Of a stretch of DNA of 64,000 bases, positions 9,315 through 18,822 are shown one piece after another. The notes below the pieces were generated by a model. That model did not search any database, was not told the DNA's origin, and was given only the letters and a program-made list of their open reading frames with translations. The DNA comes from a bacterium. GTDB lineage: Bacteria > Zhuqueibacterota > QNDG01. Position 1 is the stretch's first letter. Every line of letters starts with the position of its first letter. The DNA lies in contig JAGGVB010000058.1 of NCBI GenBank assembly GCA_021158245.1, positions 24,349 to 88,348 of the forward strand, given 5' to 3'. The position numbers and the translations under genes are program-made.

Positions 9315-10427
9315 ATGCTCTTTCATATTCTTTATCCTCTGAGGGACCAGTTTATAGGTTTTAACCTTCTCGGATATATAACTTTTCGTTCAGCTTCGGC
9401 AGCTGTGACAGCTTTGCTTGTAACTTTTATCATCGGGCCTTTTATTCTCAAGTGGCTGAGGAAGAAACAGTTTAAAGAGATAATCAGAACTGAAACCCCT
9501 GATTCTCACAGACAAAAAGCTGGTACTGTGTCTATGGGCGGTATCATAATTATTATTGCAGTGCTGGTACCTGTACTTCTTTTTGCAAAACTTAACAATA
9601 TGTATACCCAGTTGATGATTATATCTACTCTGTGGATGGGTGCAGTAGGCTTTATGGATGACTATCTTAAAGTCGTAAAGAAGATGCCCAAGGGCCTTAT
9701 AGGAAGGTACAAGCTTTTAGGCCAGGTATTACTTGGGCTCCTGGTTGGCCTTGTTGTAACTTTCTCGCAGGAATATTCCGGTGTTAAACTTGGCGGGCAA
9801 GTTGTTAATGTCAGCTGGTACACAAGTATTCCGTTTTTCAAGAATCTTCTGATTAATTTCGGGTGGTTTTATCTGCCTGTTGTAATCATTGTAATTACAG
9901 GCACTTCCAATGCAGTAAACCTGACAGACGGCCTTGACGGCCTTGCAATCGGACTTGTGGGTATAGCTGCTGCTGCCTGGGCAGGTATGAGCTATGTAAC
10001 AGGCCGTGTGGATTTTAGTGACTACCTCAATGTCCTGTATCTGAAGAATGCGGGTGAACTTACTATTTACTGTTCTGCCCTGATAGGAGCATCTTTGGGA
10101 TTCTTATGGTTTAACAGCCACCCTGCATCAGTATTTATGGGTGACACAGGAGCTCTTGCACTCGGAGGTGCAATGGGTACAATGGCTGTGATTCTGAAGA
10201 AAGAGCTGCTGCTTTTTATAGTAGGAGGTGTTTTTGTAGCAGAAAGCCTTTCAGTGATTCTGCAGGTTGCTTCTTTCCGTCTCAGGGGAAAACGTATTTT
10301 TAAAATGGCTCCAATTCATCACCACTTTGAACTTTTGGGGTGGCCTGAAGAGAAGATAGTTGTCCGATTCTGGATAATAGGAATTTTACTTGCACTATTA
10401 GGCTTGAGTACATTTAAAGTCAGGTAA
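9315..10427 (+). CDS. mraY: Phospho-N-acetylmuramoyl-pentapeptide transferase MraY
   Basis: Polytopic membrane protein with the NAVNLTDGLDGLA and HHHFEL motifs characteristic of MraY. Confidence 0.9.
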   Translation: MLFHILYPLRDQFIGFNLLGYITFRSASAAVTALLVTFIIGPFILKWLRKKQFKEIIRTETPDSHRQKAGTVSMGGIIIIIAVLVPVLLFAKLNNMYTQLMIISTLWMGAVGFMDDYLKVVKKMPKGLIGRYKLLGQVLLGLLVGLVVTFSQEYSGVKLGGQVVNVSWYTSIPFFKNLLINFGWFYLPVVIIVITGTSNAVNLTDGLDGLAIGLVGIAAAAWAGMSYVTGRVDFSDYLNVLYLKNAGELTIYCSALIGASLGFLWFNSHPASVFMGDTGALALGGAMGTMAVILKKELLLFIVGGVFVAESLSVILQVASFRLRGKRIFKMAPIHHHFELLGWPEEKIVVRFWIIGILLALLGLSTFKVR

Positions 10428-10432
10428 AGCCA

Positions 10433-11788
10433 ATGGTTATAGATGTTAAAAATAAACGTGTTACAATTCTCGGAGCCAGCAGAAGCGGCCTCGGTGCGGC
10501 GAAACTTATATCCGGGCATGGGGGACAGGTATTTGTAACGGAACTTGCTTCCGAAGATAAGATGCAGGCTGCTGTCTCTATGCTGAATAAGCTTGGCATT
10601 AAGTATGAGTTTGGAGGGCACAGCAGCAGTATTTATAATTGTGATTTTTGTGTGATAAGCCCGGGTATCTCAATATCAAGCCCGGTTGCGGAAAAATTCA
10701 GAAGTATGAATATCTCTCTATATAGTGAGCTGGAAGTTGCTTCATGGTTCTTTAAGGGGGAAATTATAGCTGTAACCGGATCAAATGGCAAGTCTACAGT
10801 TACTGCTTTGACAGGTGAAATTCTGAAGAGGGCAGGTATAGAGAGTATTACTGCCGGAAATATAGGCACTGCATTTTCAGAAGTTGCAGAGTCTGTAAGC
10901 AGCAGCGGATATGCAGTTGTCGAGGTAAGCAGTTTTCAGCTTGAGGCTGTATCTGATTTCAGGCCGCACATAGGCATTTTTCTGAATCTGACGGCTGATC
11001 ATCTTAACAGACACGGAACAATGGACACATACGGTAAACTGAAAGCAGGGCTTTTTAAAAATCAAACCGAAGAAGATATTGCTGTTTTTAACGGCGATGA
11101 TGAAGGTGTAAAAAATCTATTATCGAATGTTCGCGGTAAAAAGTATGAGTTCGGACTTGAACAGGCAGAAGGAAGAGCAGGGTATGTTAAAAATAACATC
11201 CTGACTGTAATCGGAAATTCCGCTGAATATCAGCTGGCGGATGTGTCTGAAATTGGCATAAAGGGTGTTCACAATGTATTAAACTGCCTTGCAGCTTCAA
11301 TTGCAGGTATCAATGCATCTGTCGATACTGTAATTATCTCTGAGGTGCTTAAAACTTTCAAAGGTCTGCCTCACAGAATGGAGTTTGTGGAGGAGATAGA
11401 CGGAGTAAAGTATTACAATGATTCCAAAGCAACAAATGTGGATTCTGTCCGGTATGCTTTGACAAGCTTCAAAGAGCCTGTAGTCCTGATTGCAGGGGGA
11501 AGAGACAAGGATTCGGATTTCTCCGTACTTGAAACTATGGTAAAGAAACATGTCAGAAAAATGCTTTTAATTGGCGAGGCTGCTGAAAAGATGGAGAAGG
11601 TTTTAGGGCCTGCTGTTGATACTGTGCTGGCGGAAAGCATGGAAGAAGCAGTATATCTTGCCAGTGTTTCTGCAGAAAAAGGTGATGCTGTACTGCTTTC
11701 ACCTGCATGTGCAAGTTTTGATATGTTTAGGAATTTTGAGGACAGAGGTGATAAATTTAAAGATTTGGTGAGGAAACTAAAAAAATGA
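10433..11788 (+). CDS. murD: UDP-MurNAc-L-Ala:D-Glu ligase MurD
   Basis: N-terminal Rossmann-like fold (ILGASRSGLGAAKLI), GSNGKST P-loop and C-terminal Mur ligase domain. Confidence 0.9.
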   Translation: MVIDVKNKRVTILGASRSGLGAAKLISGHGGQVFVTELASEDKMQAAVSMLNKLGIKYEFGGHSSSIYNCDFCVISPGISISSPVAEKFRSMNISLYSELEVASWFFKGEIIAVTGSNGKSTVTALTGEILKRAGIESITAGNIGTAFSEVAESVSSSGYAVVEVSSFQLEAVSDFRPHIGIFLNLTADHLNRHGTMDTYGKLKAGLFKNQTEEDIAVFNGDDEGVKNLLSNVRGKKYEFGLEQAEGRAGYVKNNILTVIGNSAEYQLADVSEIGIKGVHNVLNCLAASIAGINASVDTVIISEVLKTFKGLPHRMEFVEEIDGVKYYNDSKATNVDSVRYALTSFKEPVVLIAGGRDKDSDFSVLETMVKKHVRKMLLIGEAAEKMEKVLGPAVDTVLAESMEEAVYLASVSAEKGDAVLLSPACASFDMFRNFEDRGDKFKDLVRKLKK

Positions 11789-12909
11789 TGAATAGAAAAG
11801 GACAGCCCGACATCATCCTTTTATCAGTAACTGCTATACTTGTTTTGATAGGTATACTTGTAATTTACAGCGCAAGTTCATTCAGGGGGGCTGAAGATTA
11901 CAGTGACGCGTTTCTATTTATAAAGAAACATCTGATCAAAGTAGCACTTGCCTTGTTTTTTATGCTGATTTCATATAAAATTGATTACAGGTTCATAAAA
12001 TATATTACACCCTTCAGTCTGTTGGCTTTTATACTTCTCCTCTTTTTTGTCCTGTCCGGGCCGAAAATAAACGGCAGCAGACGGGCTATTTCTCTTATGG
12101 GAATGGGATTTCAACCCTCGGAGTTTATGAAACTTATATTGATTTGTTATATGGCTGCCCTTTTTTCCAAATCAAAAGGCAGAATTTCCGAGAACAGGGA
12201 GACACTTATAATTCATTATTTCATTTTTTTATCTATTGTTGTACTTGTTTTTATAGAACCTGATCTCGGAACAGCTCTGGTGATGTTTTTTATAGGATTA
12301 ACAATGCTGTTTATCGGCGGTGTACCCGGGAAGAAACTTGCTGTTATGGCAGCGGCACCTGTACCATTTGTGGCCTTGGGTTTTGCAATTTTTCCTTATC
12401 AGATGCAGAGATTAAGAGATTTCTGGAATTCTGTTTTTAACGGCGGGTCAATGAGTTATCAGGTGAAACAGTCCATTATAGGGCTTGCTCACGGCGGCCT
12501 TGCAGGAGTAGGTTACGGAGCGGGAAAACAAAAGCTCTTTTTTCTTCCGGAGCCGTTTTCTGATTTTGTGCTTGCAAGTTATGGCGAAGAGATGGGCTTT
12601 ATAGGTATGCTTTTTCTTTTTCTGCTTCTGGTAATTGTTCTCTGGAGAGGAATACACATAGCAGTGAATTCCCAGGACAGGTATGGTTTTCTTCTTGCAG
12701 GAGGAATTACAGCAATGATTCTTATTAATGCATTAATGAATGCAGGAGTCGTTGTAAATCTTCTGCCTACAACAGGGCTGCCCTTTCCGTTTTTAAGTTA
12801 CGGGGGGTCGTCACTTATAGTTCATATGATAGGTATAGGCATACTTCTAAATATTTCGAAAAGAAACTCACAGATGCAGGTCGGCTCTTTTGAAGGAATC
12901 AGCCTCTGA
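11785..12909 (+). CDS. ftsW: Peptidoglycan glycosyltransferase FtsW (SEDS family)
   Basis: 10-TM SEDS protein (PEPFSDFVLA...SYGGSSL motifs) between murD and murG, with a 4-nt overlap with murD. Confidence 0.85.
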   Translation: MMNRKGQPDIILLSVTAILVLIGILVIYSASSFRGAEDYSDAFLFIKKHLIKVALALFFMLISYKIDYRFIKYITPFSLLAFILLLFFVLSGPKINGSRRAISLMGMGFQPSEFMKLILICYMAALFSKSKGRISENRETLIIHYFIFLSIVVLVFIEPDLGTALVMFFIGLTMLFIGGVPGKKLAVMAAAPVPFVALGFAIFPYQMQRLRDFWNSVFNGGSMSYQVKQSIIGLAHGGLAGVGYGAGKQKLFFLPEPFSDFVLASYGEEMGFIGMLFLFLLLVIVLWRGIHIAVNSQDRYGFLLAGGITAMILINALMNAGVVVNLLPTTGLPFPFLSYGGSSLIVHMIGIGILLNISKRNSQMQVGSFEGISL

Positions 12910-14003
12910 TGAAAGAGTATAGAATAATAATTACAGGCGGAGGTACAGGAGGGCATCTCTATCCCGGGATTGCACTGGCGAATGAGTTTAAGAAAAGTAT
13001 TTCCTGCAAAATTCTTTTTGTCGGTACCAAAAAAGGAGTAGAGGTTTCTGTTGTACCTGCACATGGATATGATCTTAAATTTGTATGGATAAGCGGGATC
13101 AGCAGGGGGCGTGTAGTAAAAAATCTGCTTTTTCCTTTAAAAATGGCAGTATCATTTTTCCAGGCTTTTACAATAATTCGTAAATTCCATCCTGATGCAA
13201 TAATAGGCACAGGCGGGTATGCAAGCTGGCCGGTTCTCAGGGCAGGAGTTATAACAGGCGTTCCGGTATTTATTCAGGAACAGAATATCAGGCCCGGGTT
13301 AGTTACACGTGTTATGGCTCCAAAAGTAAATACTGTTTTTACAAGTTATATAGAGACCGAAAAATATCTTAAAGGGGAAACAAAAAAAGTAGTTGCAGGG
13401 AATCCTACAAGAAACGATTTGGATAAGGCAGACAGGCTGCAGGGCATAAAATTTTTTAATCTTAATAAAGATAAAAAAACAGTTTTTATTTTCGGAGGAA
13501 GCCAGGGGTCTCTTTTTATCAATAATTTAATGGAAAAAGCAGGCCCATTGCTTGCAATCGACCATAAATTACAGATTTTATGGGCAGCAGGCCCGAGATG
13601 GGCGGAGATGATTAAGGGAAAAGTGAATAATCCTGATATTAAGATTTATCCGTATATAGAAAACATGGCTGCAGCATACGGCGTAAGTGACCTGGTTGTG
13701 TGCCGCTCAGGCGCAACTACAATTGCCGAAATTACACGGCTCGGGATTCCTTGTCTTTTCATCCCTTTTGCTGCGGCAGCTAATAATCATCAGGAGAAGA
13801 ATGCGGAGATTCTATGCAAAGCCGGAGCTGGTGAAATGATCAGTGAAAAAGAGGCTGATTCTGAAACTATTATTCGAAAAATTGTATCGATTATAAGTAA
13901 TGAAATAAAATTGAAGAAAATGGCGGCAAATGCGCTGAGTTTCGGTAAACCCGATGCAGCACAATCTATTGTAAAAAGTATTCTTGAAGAGATTGAAATA
14001 TAA
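12909..14003 (+). CDS. murG: UDP-GlcNAc:lipid I GlcNAc transferase MurG
   Basis: N-terminal GGGTGGH motif, GT28 family, C-terminal GGSQGS region. Confidence 0.9.
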   Translation: MKEYRIIITGGGTGGHLYPGIALANEFKKSISCKILFVGTKKGVEVSVVPAHGYDLKFVWISGISRGRVVKNLLFPLKMAVSFFQAFTIIRKFHPDAIIGTGGYASWPVLRAGVITGVPVFIQEQNIRPGLVTRVMAPKVNTVFTSYIETEKYLKGETKKVVAGNPTRNDLDKADRLQGIKFFNLNKDKKTVFIFGGSQGSLFINNLMEKAGPLLAIDHKLQILWAAGPRWAEMIKGKVNNPDIKIYPYIENMAAAYGVSDLVVCRSGATTIAEITRLGIPCLFIPFAAAANNHQEKNAEILCKAGAGEMISEKEADSETIIRKIVSIISNEIKLKKMAANALSFGKPDAAQSIVKSILEEIEI

Positions 14004-14022
14004 CCTTAAAAAGGGGCTATTC

Positions 14023-14397
14023 ATGAAAAAACAGACAAAGATAGTTCTTGCTGAGAGTGAATCAATAATAGCTGAAGATGTAGCAAATCTTGTTAAAACG
14101 TGGGGTTTTGATCTTCTCGGACGTGCGACAACTCAGGATGAGCTGATGAAATTTGTAAAGGACTACAGGCCTGAAGTTATTATTTTTGATACTTTGCTGA
14201 GAGGTAAACGTGATACTTCTCTTATTGCACAGCAGATCTATAAAAAGTACGGCACATCTCTCGTTATTCTCGGGGATAGGACGGATTTGCAGGATGGAAA
14301 ATCGTTAAATAGAAAATTTTCATGGGTTGCAAAGCCGTTTAAAGAGGATGAATTGAAAAAGGCTGTAAAAAAAATGGCCTCAAAACGTGCTGCATAG
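14023..14397 (+). CDS. Stand-alone CheY-like receiver-fold protein with degenerate acidic pocket (pseudo-receiver?) inserted in the dcw cluster
   Basis: (beta-alpha)5 REC pattern: KIVLAESE (beta1, ESE replaces the usual DD), EVIIFDTLL (beta3, D at the phospho-acceptor position), SLVILGD (beta4) and AKPF (conserved Lys). I prefer the start at 14023 (ATG preceded by an AAAGGGG RBS) rather than the track start at 13984 inside murG. Confidence 0.5.
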   Translation: MKKQTKIVLAESESIIAEDVANLVKTWGFDLLGRATTQDELMKFVKDYRPEVIIFDTLLRGKRDTSLIAQQIYKKYGTSLVILGDRTDLQDGKSLNRKFSWVAKPFKEDELKKAVKKMASKRAA

Positions 14398-14430
14398 ATT
14401 AATCTTCCGGTTCATGCCGGATGGAGGTGT

Positions 14431-15813
14431 ATTATCGGTATCTATTTAGGGAGAACGAGATGCGTTCATTTTGTCGGAATAGGCGGAATAGGAATGAGCG
14501 GGATTGCAGAGGTTCTTCTGAATTTGGGATTTAAGGTAACCGGATCGGATCTTCAGTCCAGTTCGGTAACAGAACATCTTCATGAACTCGGTGCATCAAT
14601 ATACCAGGGGCACAGTGCCGGGAATATTTCAGATGCGGATGTTGTTGTTATATCATCTGCTGTACCTGAATCCAATGAAGAAGTTACAGCAGCACACAGG
14701 AAAAAGATACCTGTTATACGAAGGGCAGAGATGCTGGGCGAACTTATGCGCATGAAGCAGGGTGTGGCAGTAGCAGGCACTCACGGGAAAACAACTACTA
14801 CTTCAATGACAGGGTTGGTACTCCAACAGGGCGGTCTTGACCCCACACTTATTGTGGGAGGCAAACTGCGCAGCCTTGACACAAATGCAAAACTCGGAGA
14901 GGGTGAATATGTTGTTGTAGAGGCAGATGAGTATGACCACTCTTTTCTGCAGCTTACACCTGTTATTGCAGTAATAACAAATATCGAAAATGAGCATCTT
15001 GATTGTTACAAGGATCTGGATGATATCAAGCGGACATTTACTCAATTTGCAAATAAAGTCCCGTTTTACGGAGCAGTGATACTCTGCCTTGATGAAGAGC
15101 CTCTTCAGGAGATGGTTACAAAATTGGAACGCAGAATCGTAACTTACGGACTTTTTCCGCAGGCTGAGATAAGAGCGGAATCTGTCACTTTTTCAGAATC
15201 CGGCTCAGAGTACGATGCTTATTACAGAAATAAAAAACTTGGAAGAATAAAATTAAATTTACCCGGAATTTACAATGTGAAGAACTCTCTTGCAGCAATA
15301 GCTGTAGGTTTTGAGCTTGAGATTGATTTTAAGAACATAAAAAAGGCTCTTGAAGGGTTCACAGGCGTGCACAGACGCTTTGAAATCAAAGGCAAAGAGA
15401 AGAACGTCATTATTGTAGATGATTATGCACACCATCCAACAGAGATAAAAGCGAGCCTGAAAGGAGCAAAAGACGGTTATTCAAGGCGGATTATAACAAT
15501 ATTCCAGCCACATCTGTATTCCAGAACAAGAGATTTTTATGAGGACTTCGGTAAGTCATTTTTCAATACGGATATTTTGATTGTAACAGATATTTATCCT
15601 GCAAGGGAAAAACCAATTGAAGGAGTTTCGGGCCGGTTAATTGCAGATGCTGCAGAACTGCGCGGCCACAGAAATGTAAATTACATTCCTGATAAAAACA
15701 AAGTTGCTGATTTTGTCGGGGACATAATAAAACCAGGCGATATGGTGATCACAATGGGTGCAGGCGATATATGGAAGATTGGTGAGGAAATATTAAAGAG
15801 GCTGAAATCCTGA
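14431..15813 (+). CDS. murC: UDP-MurNAc:L-alanine ligase MurC (5' end anomalous, no canonical in-frame start)
   Basis: Conserved MurC N-terminal motif RCVHFVGIGGIGMSGIAE is encoded at 14458-14511 in frame with the rest of the gene, upstream of the first in-frame ATG (14494). No ATG/GTG/TTG occurs in frame between the upstream stop (14395-14397) and this motif. An ATG at 14460 with a good RBS (GGGAG 14449-14453) is in the +1 frame. Confidence 0.8.
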   Translation: MIGIYLGRTRCVHFVGIGGIGMSGIAEVLLNLGFKVTGSDLQSSSVTEHLHELGASIYQGHSAGNISDADVVVISSAVPESNEEVTAAHRKKIPVIRRAEMLGELMRMKQGVAVAGTHGKTTTTSMTGLVLQQGGLDPTLIVGGKLRSLDTNAKLGEGEYVVVEADEYDHSFLQLTPVIAVITNIENEHLDCYKDLDDIKRTFTQFANKVPFYGAVILCLDEEPLQEMVTKLERRIVTYGLFPQAEIRAESVTFSESGSEYDAYYRNKKLGRIKLNLPGIYNVKNSLAAIAVGFELEIDFKNIKKALEGFTGVHRRFEIKGKEKNVIIVDDYAHHPTEIKASLKGAKDGYSRRIITIFQPHLYSRTRDFYEDFGKSFFNTDILIVTDIYPAREKPIEGVSGRLIADAAELRGHRNVNYIPDKNKVADFVGDIIKPGDMVITMGAGDIWKIGEEILKRLKS

Positions 15814-16727
15814 TGAATGAAGGGACCAGAAATCTGAAGAGATTTAAACAGGTTTTCAAAGGGCATGTCATGCTAAATGAGATGCTCAGCTCTCATACTT
15901 CCTTTAAAATCGGGGGGCCTGCAGATTTGTATGTTTTTCCAAAAGATATGGAGGATCTTACAAATCTTGTAACTTATTGCCAGCAGGAGAATTATCCTGT
16001 ATTTGTAATAGGGAACGGTACAAATCTTCTTGTAAGTGATGATGGTTTCAGGGGGGTAGTCATAGACCTTTCCCAGACTTTTCGGCATATTAAAGTAAAA
16101 GGTACGGAATTGACTGTGGGAGCCGGAGTTACACTTTCAGGGCTTCTGTCATTCTGCACTATCAGAGGATTTTCCGGTCTGGAGAAGCTTTCAGGTATAC
16201 CAGGCCAGATAGGGGGCTGTATTTCGCTCAATGCAGGGGCTTTTGGAAGAGAAATCGGCGATGTTGTGGAAGCAGTCAGAATTCTGGACAAGTTCAATAC
16301 CCTTGAAAAGATATCCGGAGATGAAATTAATTTCGGATACAGGCATACGGGCCTGGAGAAAAAGAGTGTTATTGTGGAAGCTGTATTCAACTTAACAGAT
16401 GGAAATCCGAAGGAGATGGAAGCAGTTCAGCGTTCCTATCTTCAAAAGAGAAAAAAAACGCAGCCGCTTTCCCTTCCTTCAGCAGGATCAGTTTTTAAGA
16501 GGCCCAAAGGAGATTTTGCAGGCAGGCTTGTAGAAGACGCCGGGTGTAAAGGGCTTAGAATCGGTGATGCAATGGTTTCCAAAAAACACGCAAATTTTAT
16601 TGTCAACGTAGGAAAAGCAAGAGCTGTGGATGTTGTAAGACTTATTGATGAAGTACGGGAAAGAGTTTTAAAACGGTTTGGTGCCACTCTGGAACCGGAA
16701 ATTCATTTTTTGGGATTTGATTTATGA
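15813..16727 (+). CDS. murB: UDP-N-acetylenolpyruvoylglucosamine reductase MurB
   Basis: FAD-binding domain (FKIGGPADL...VIGNGTNLL) and C-terminal MurB domain (SAGSVFKRP); TGATG overlap with murC. Confidence 0.85.
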   Translation: MNEGTRNLKRFKQVFKGHVMLNEMLSSHTSFKIGGPADLYVFPKDMEDLTNLVTYCQQENYPVFVIGNGTNLLVSDDGFRGVVIDLSQTFRHIKVKGTELTVGAGVTLSGLLSFCTIRGFSGLEKLSGIPGQIGGCISLNAGAFGREIGDVVEAVRILDKFNTLEKISGDEINFGYRHTGLEKKSVIVEAVFNLTDGNPKEMEAVQRSYLQKRKKTQPLSLPSAGSVFKRPKGDFAGRLVEDAGCKGLRIGDAMVSKKHANFIVNVGKARAVDVVRLIDEVRERVLKRFGATLEPEIHFLGFDL

Positions 16728-17497
16728 GCAGGAGTATAATAAAAAAAGATGAGATTCTTGCCAGCCTTGTAAAATTGATATATACAGGCGCTGCACTCTG
16801 TATTATTTACTTTGCAGGCAGAGGTTATTTGCACTGGCTTGATCAGTCTCCTTTATTTAAAATAGAATCAATAAAAATTACAGGATCCAACTATCTTTCC
16901 GATGAAGAAATTTTGAGCCTCAGCGGCCTTGATAAAGCAAAGAAGATATGGGATGCAAGGTTAGAAGATGCGGTTAATTCAATAAAAACATATCCTTTTA
17001 TAGAAGATGTCTCTGTGATCAGAAGGCTTCCTGACAAGATTGAAATAAAGGTAAAAGAGAAGGAACCTATTGCGCTTCTGAATTTTCAGGGGGATCTCTA
17101 TTCAATAGACAGACACGGACTTGTGCTGCCTACAATTCCCGGAAAGATGTATAATCTTCCTGTAATAAGCGGTAATTTTAAAGGGGGGCTGAAGGTCGGC
17201 ATAGAGATAGGAGGCGGCATTGCAAAACAGGGGTTATCAGTAATTACAGCAATAATCAGGCAGAAGCCGTCTCTTTACACCAATATTTCAGAAGTTGTTT
17301 TAAAATCAGGGGGCCAGGTAGTGCTTTTTACACGAAACAGGGGAATACCAGTAAAGATGGGAAGAAAAGAAATATCAAGAAAGATTACATATCTTGATGC
17401 AATCCTTGGCGAATTAAAAAGAGACCGCTCTCTGTCAAAAGTAAATTACATTGACCTGAGGTTCAGAGGACAGGTCGTTGTGGGAATGAGGGTATAA
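16724..17497 (+). CDS. ftsQ: Cell division protein FtsQ/DivIB (POTRA domain)
   Basis: N-terminal TM then a POTRA-like region (IESIKITGSNYLSDEEIL); position between murB and ftsA. Confidence 0.7.
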   Translation: MSRSIIKKDEILASLVKLIYTGAALCIIYFAGRGYLHWLDQSPLFKIESIKITGSNYLSDEEILSLSGLDKAKKIWDARLEDAVNSIKTYPFIEDVSVIRRLPDKIEIKVKEKEPIALLNFQGDLYSIDRHGLVLPTIPGKMYNLPVISGNFKGGLKVGIEIGGGIAKQGLSVITAIIRQKPSLYTNISEVVLKSGGQVVLFTRNRGIPVKMGRKEISRKITYLDAILGELKRDRSLSKVNYIDLRFRGQVVVGMRV

Positions 17498-17500
17498 ACT

Positions 17501-18766
17501 ATGAATCCTTCGAGAGATATATTACGAGGCGACACCAGAAAAATAGTAACAGGTGTTGATATAGGTACCAGTAAAATTGGTGTTGTAATCGGAGAGTTAA
17601 ATGAGGATGGATTAATAAATATTCTCGGAGTAGGTACCAGCCCGTCACAGGGGCTGCGCCAGGGAGTTGTGATTAACCTTGATTTGGCAGTCCAGTCAAT
17701 AAGCAAGGCAGTGCATGAAGCCAAGCTTACAGCGGGTGTTGACGTAAAAGAGGTTATAGTCGGCATTGCCGGCGATCACATACGAAGCGTAAACAGCAGG
17801 GGTGTTGTAGGCGTATCCAGATCAGGGCATGAAATTACACAGCAGGATGTCAACAGAGTTATAGATGCAGCAAAGGCAATTGCACTCCCGATTGACAGAG
17901 AAGTGCTGCATGTACTCCCGCAGGAATTTATTGTAGATAATCAGGGAGGTATTAAAAATCCTGTAGGTATCTCCGGAGTAAGGCTTGAGGCGGAAATACA
18001 TATTGTGACAGGTGCTGTCACATCTGCGCAGAATATAGTACGCAGTGTAACAAGAAGCGGGCTTAAGGTTGCAGGTATTGTTCTGGAGCCGCTTGCTTCA
18101 AGCAGCGCTGTTCTTGATGCAAGTGAAAAAGATCTTGGCGTAGCGTTGATTGATATGGGCGGAGGTACAACAGATGTGGCTCTGTTCTATGGCGGCGCAA
18201 TAAGGCATACTGCTGTAATAGGCCTGGGAGGGCAGATTGTTACAAATGATATTGCACTGGGGCTGCGGACACCCCTTGAACAGGCTGAAGTAATAAAGAG
18301 AAAGTTCGGATATGCAACTGAAAGCATAATAAATAAAGAAGATATGTTTATAGTCCCGGGTATTGGAAACAGGGAATCAAGAGAAGTTCCGATATCTATG
18401 CTTACATCAATAATACAGCCGAGAATGGAGGAGATTTTCGGGCTTGCTGCTAAGGAAATTAAGAGATCGGATTACGGAGATGTCCTTGGTGCGGGTGTGG
18501 TTCTTACAGGAGGAGGATCACTTCTTAAAGGAGCCGAAGTTTTGGCAGAAGAAGTTTTTAGCCTGCCTGCAACTATTGGAATACCAAAAGGCTTTTCCGG
18601 CCTCTATGCAGCAGCTTCAAGCCCTATTTTTGCCACAGGAGTAGGCCTTGTATTTTTCGGGGCAGGACGGGGAGAAGAGGAAGTAAAACACCTTGGTGCG
18701 GATGAAGAGGGGCTTTTTACAAGAATTTATAAATGGATGAAAAAATTCGCAGAAGATTTTATTTAA
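17501..18766 (+). CDS. ftsA: Cell division protein FtsA
   Basis: Actin-like ATPase fold (VGVDIGTSKIGVVIGE, DMGGGTTDVALF). Confidence 0.9.
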   Translation: MNPSRDILRGDTRKIVTGVDIGTSKIGVVIGELNEDGLINILGVGTSPSQGLRQGVVINLDLAVQSISKAVHEAKLTAGVDVKEVIVGIAGDHIRSVNSRGVVGVSRSGHEITQQDVNRVIDAAKAIALPIDREVLHVLPQEFIVDNQGGIKNPVGISGVRLEAEIHIVTGAVTSAQNIVRSVTRSGLKVAGIVLEPLASSSAVLDASEKDLGVALIDMGGGTTDVALFYGGAIRHTAVIGLGGQIVTNDIALGLRTPLEQAEVIKRKFGYATESIINKEDMFIVPGIGNRESREVPISMLTSIIQPRMEEIFGLAAKEIKRSDYGDVLGAGVVLTGGGSLLKGAEVLAEEVFSLPATIGIPKGFSGLYAAASSPIFATGVGLVFFGAGRGEEEVKHLGADEEGLFTRIYKWMKKFAEDFI

Positions 18767-18822
18767 TGCCGGTTTTTTAAAAAGGGAATTAATCACAGTT
18801 TGTACATATCAAGGAGGCCATA

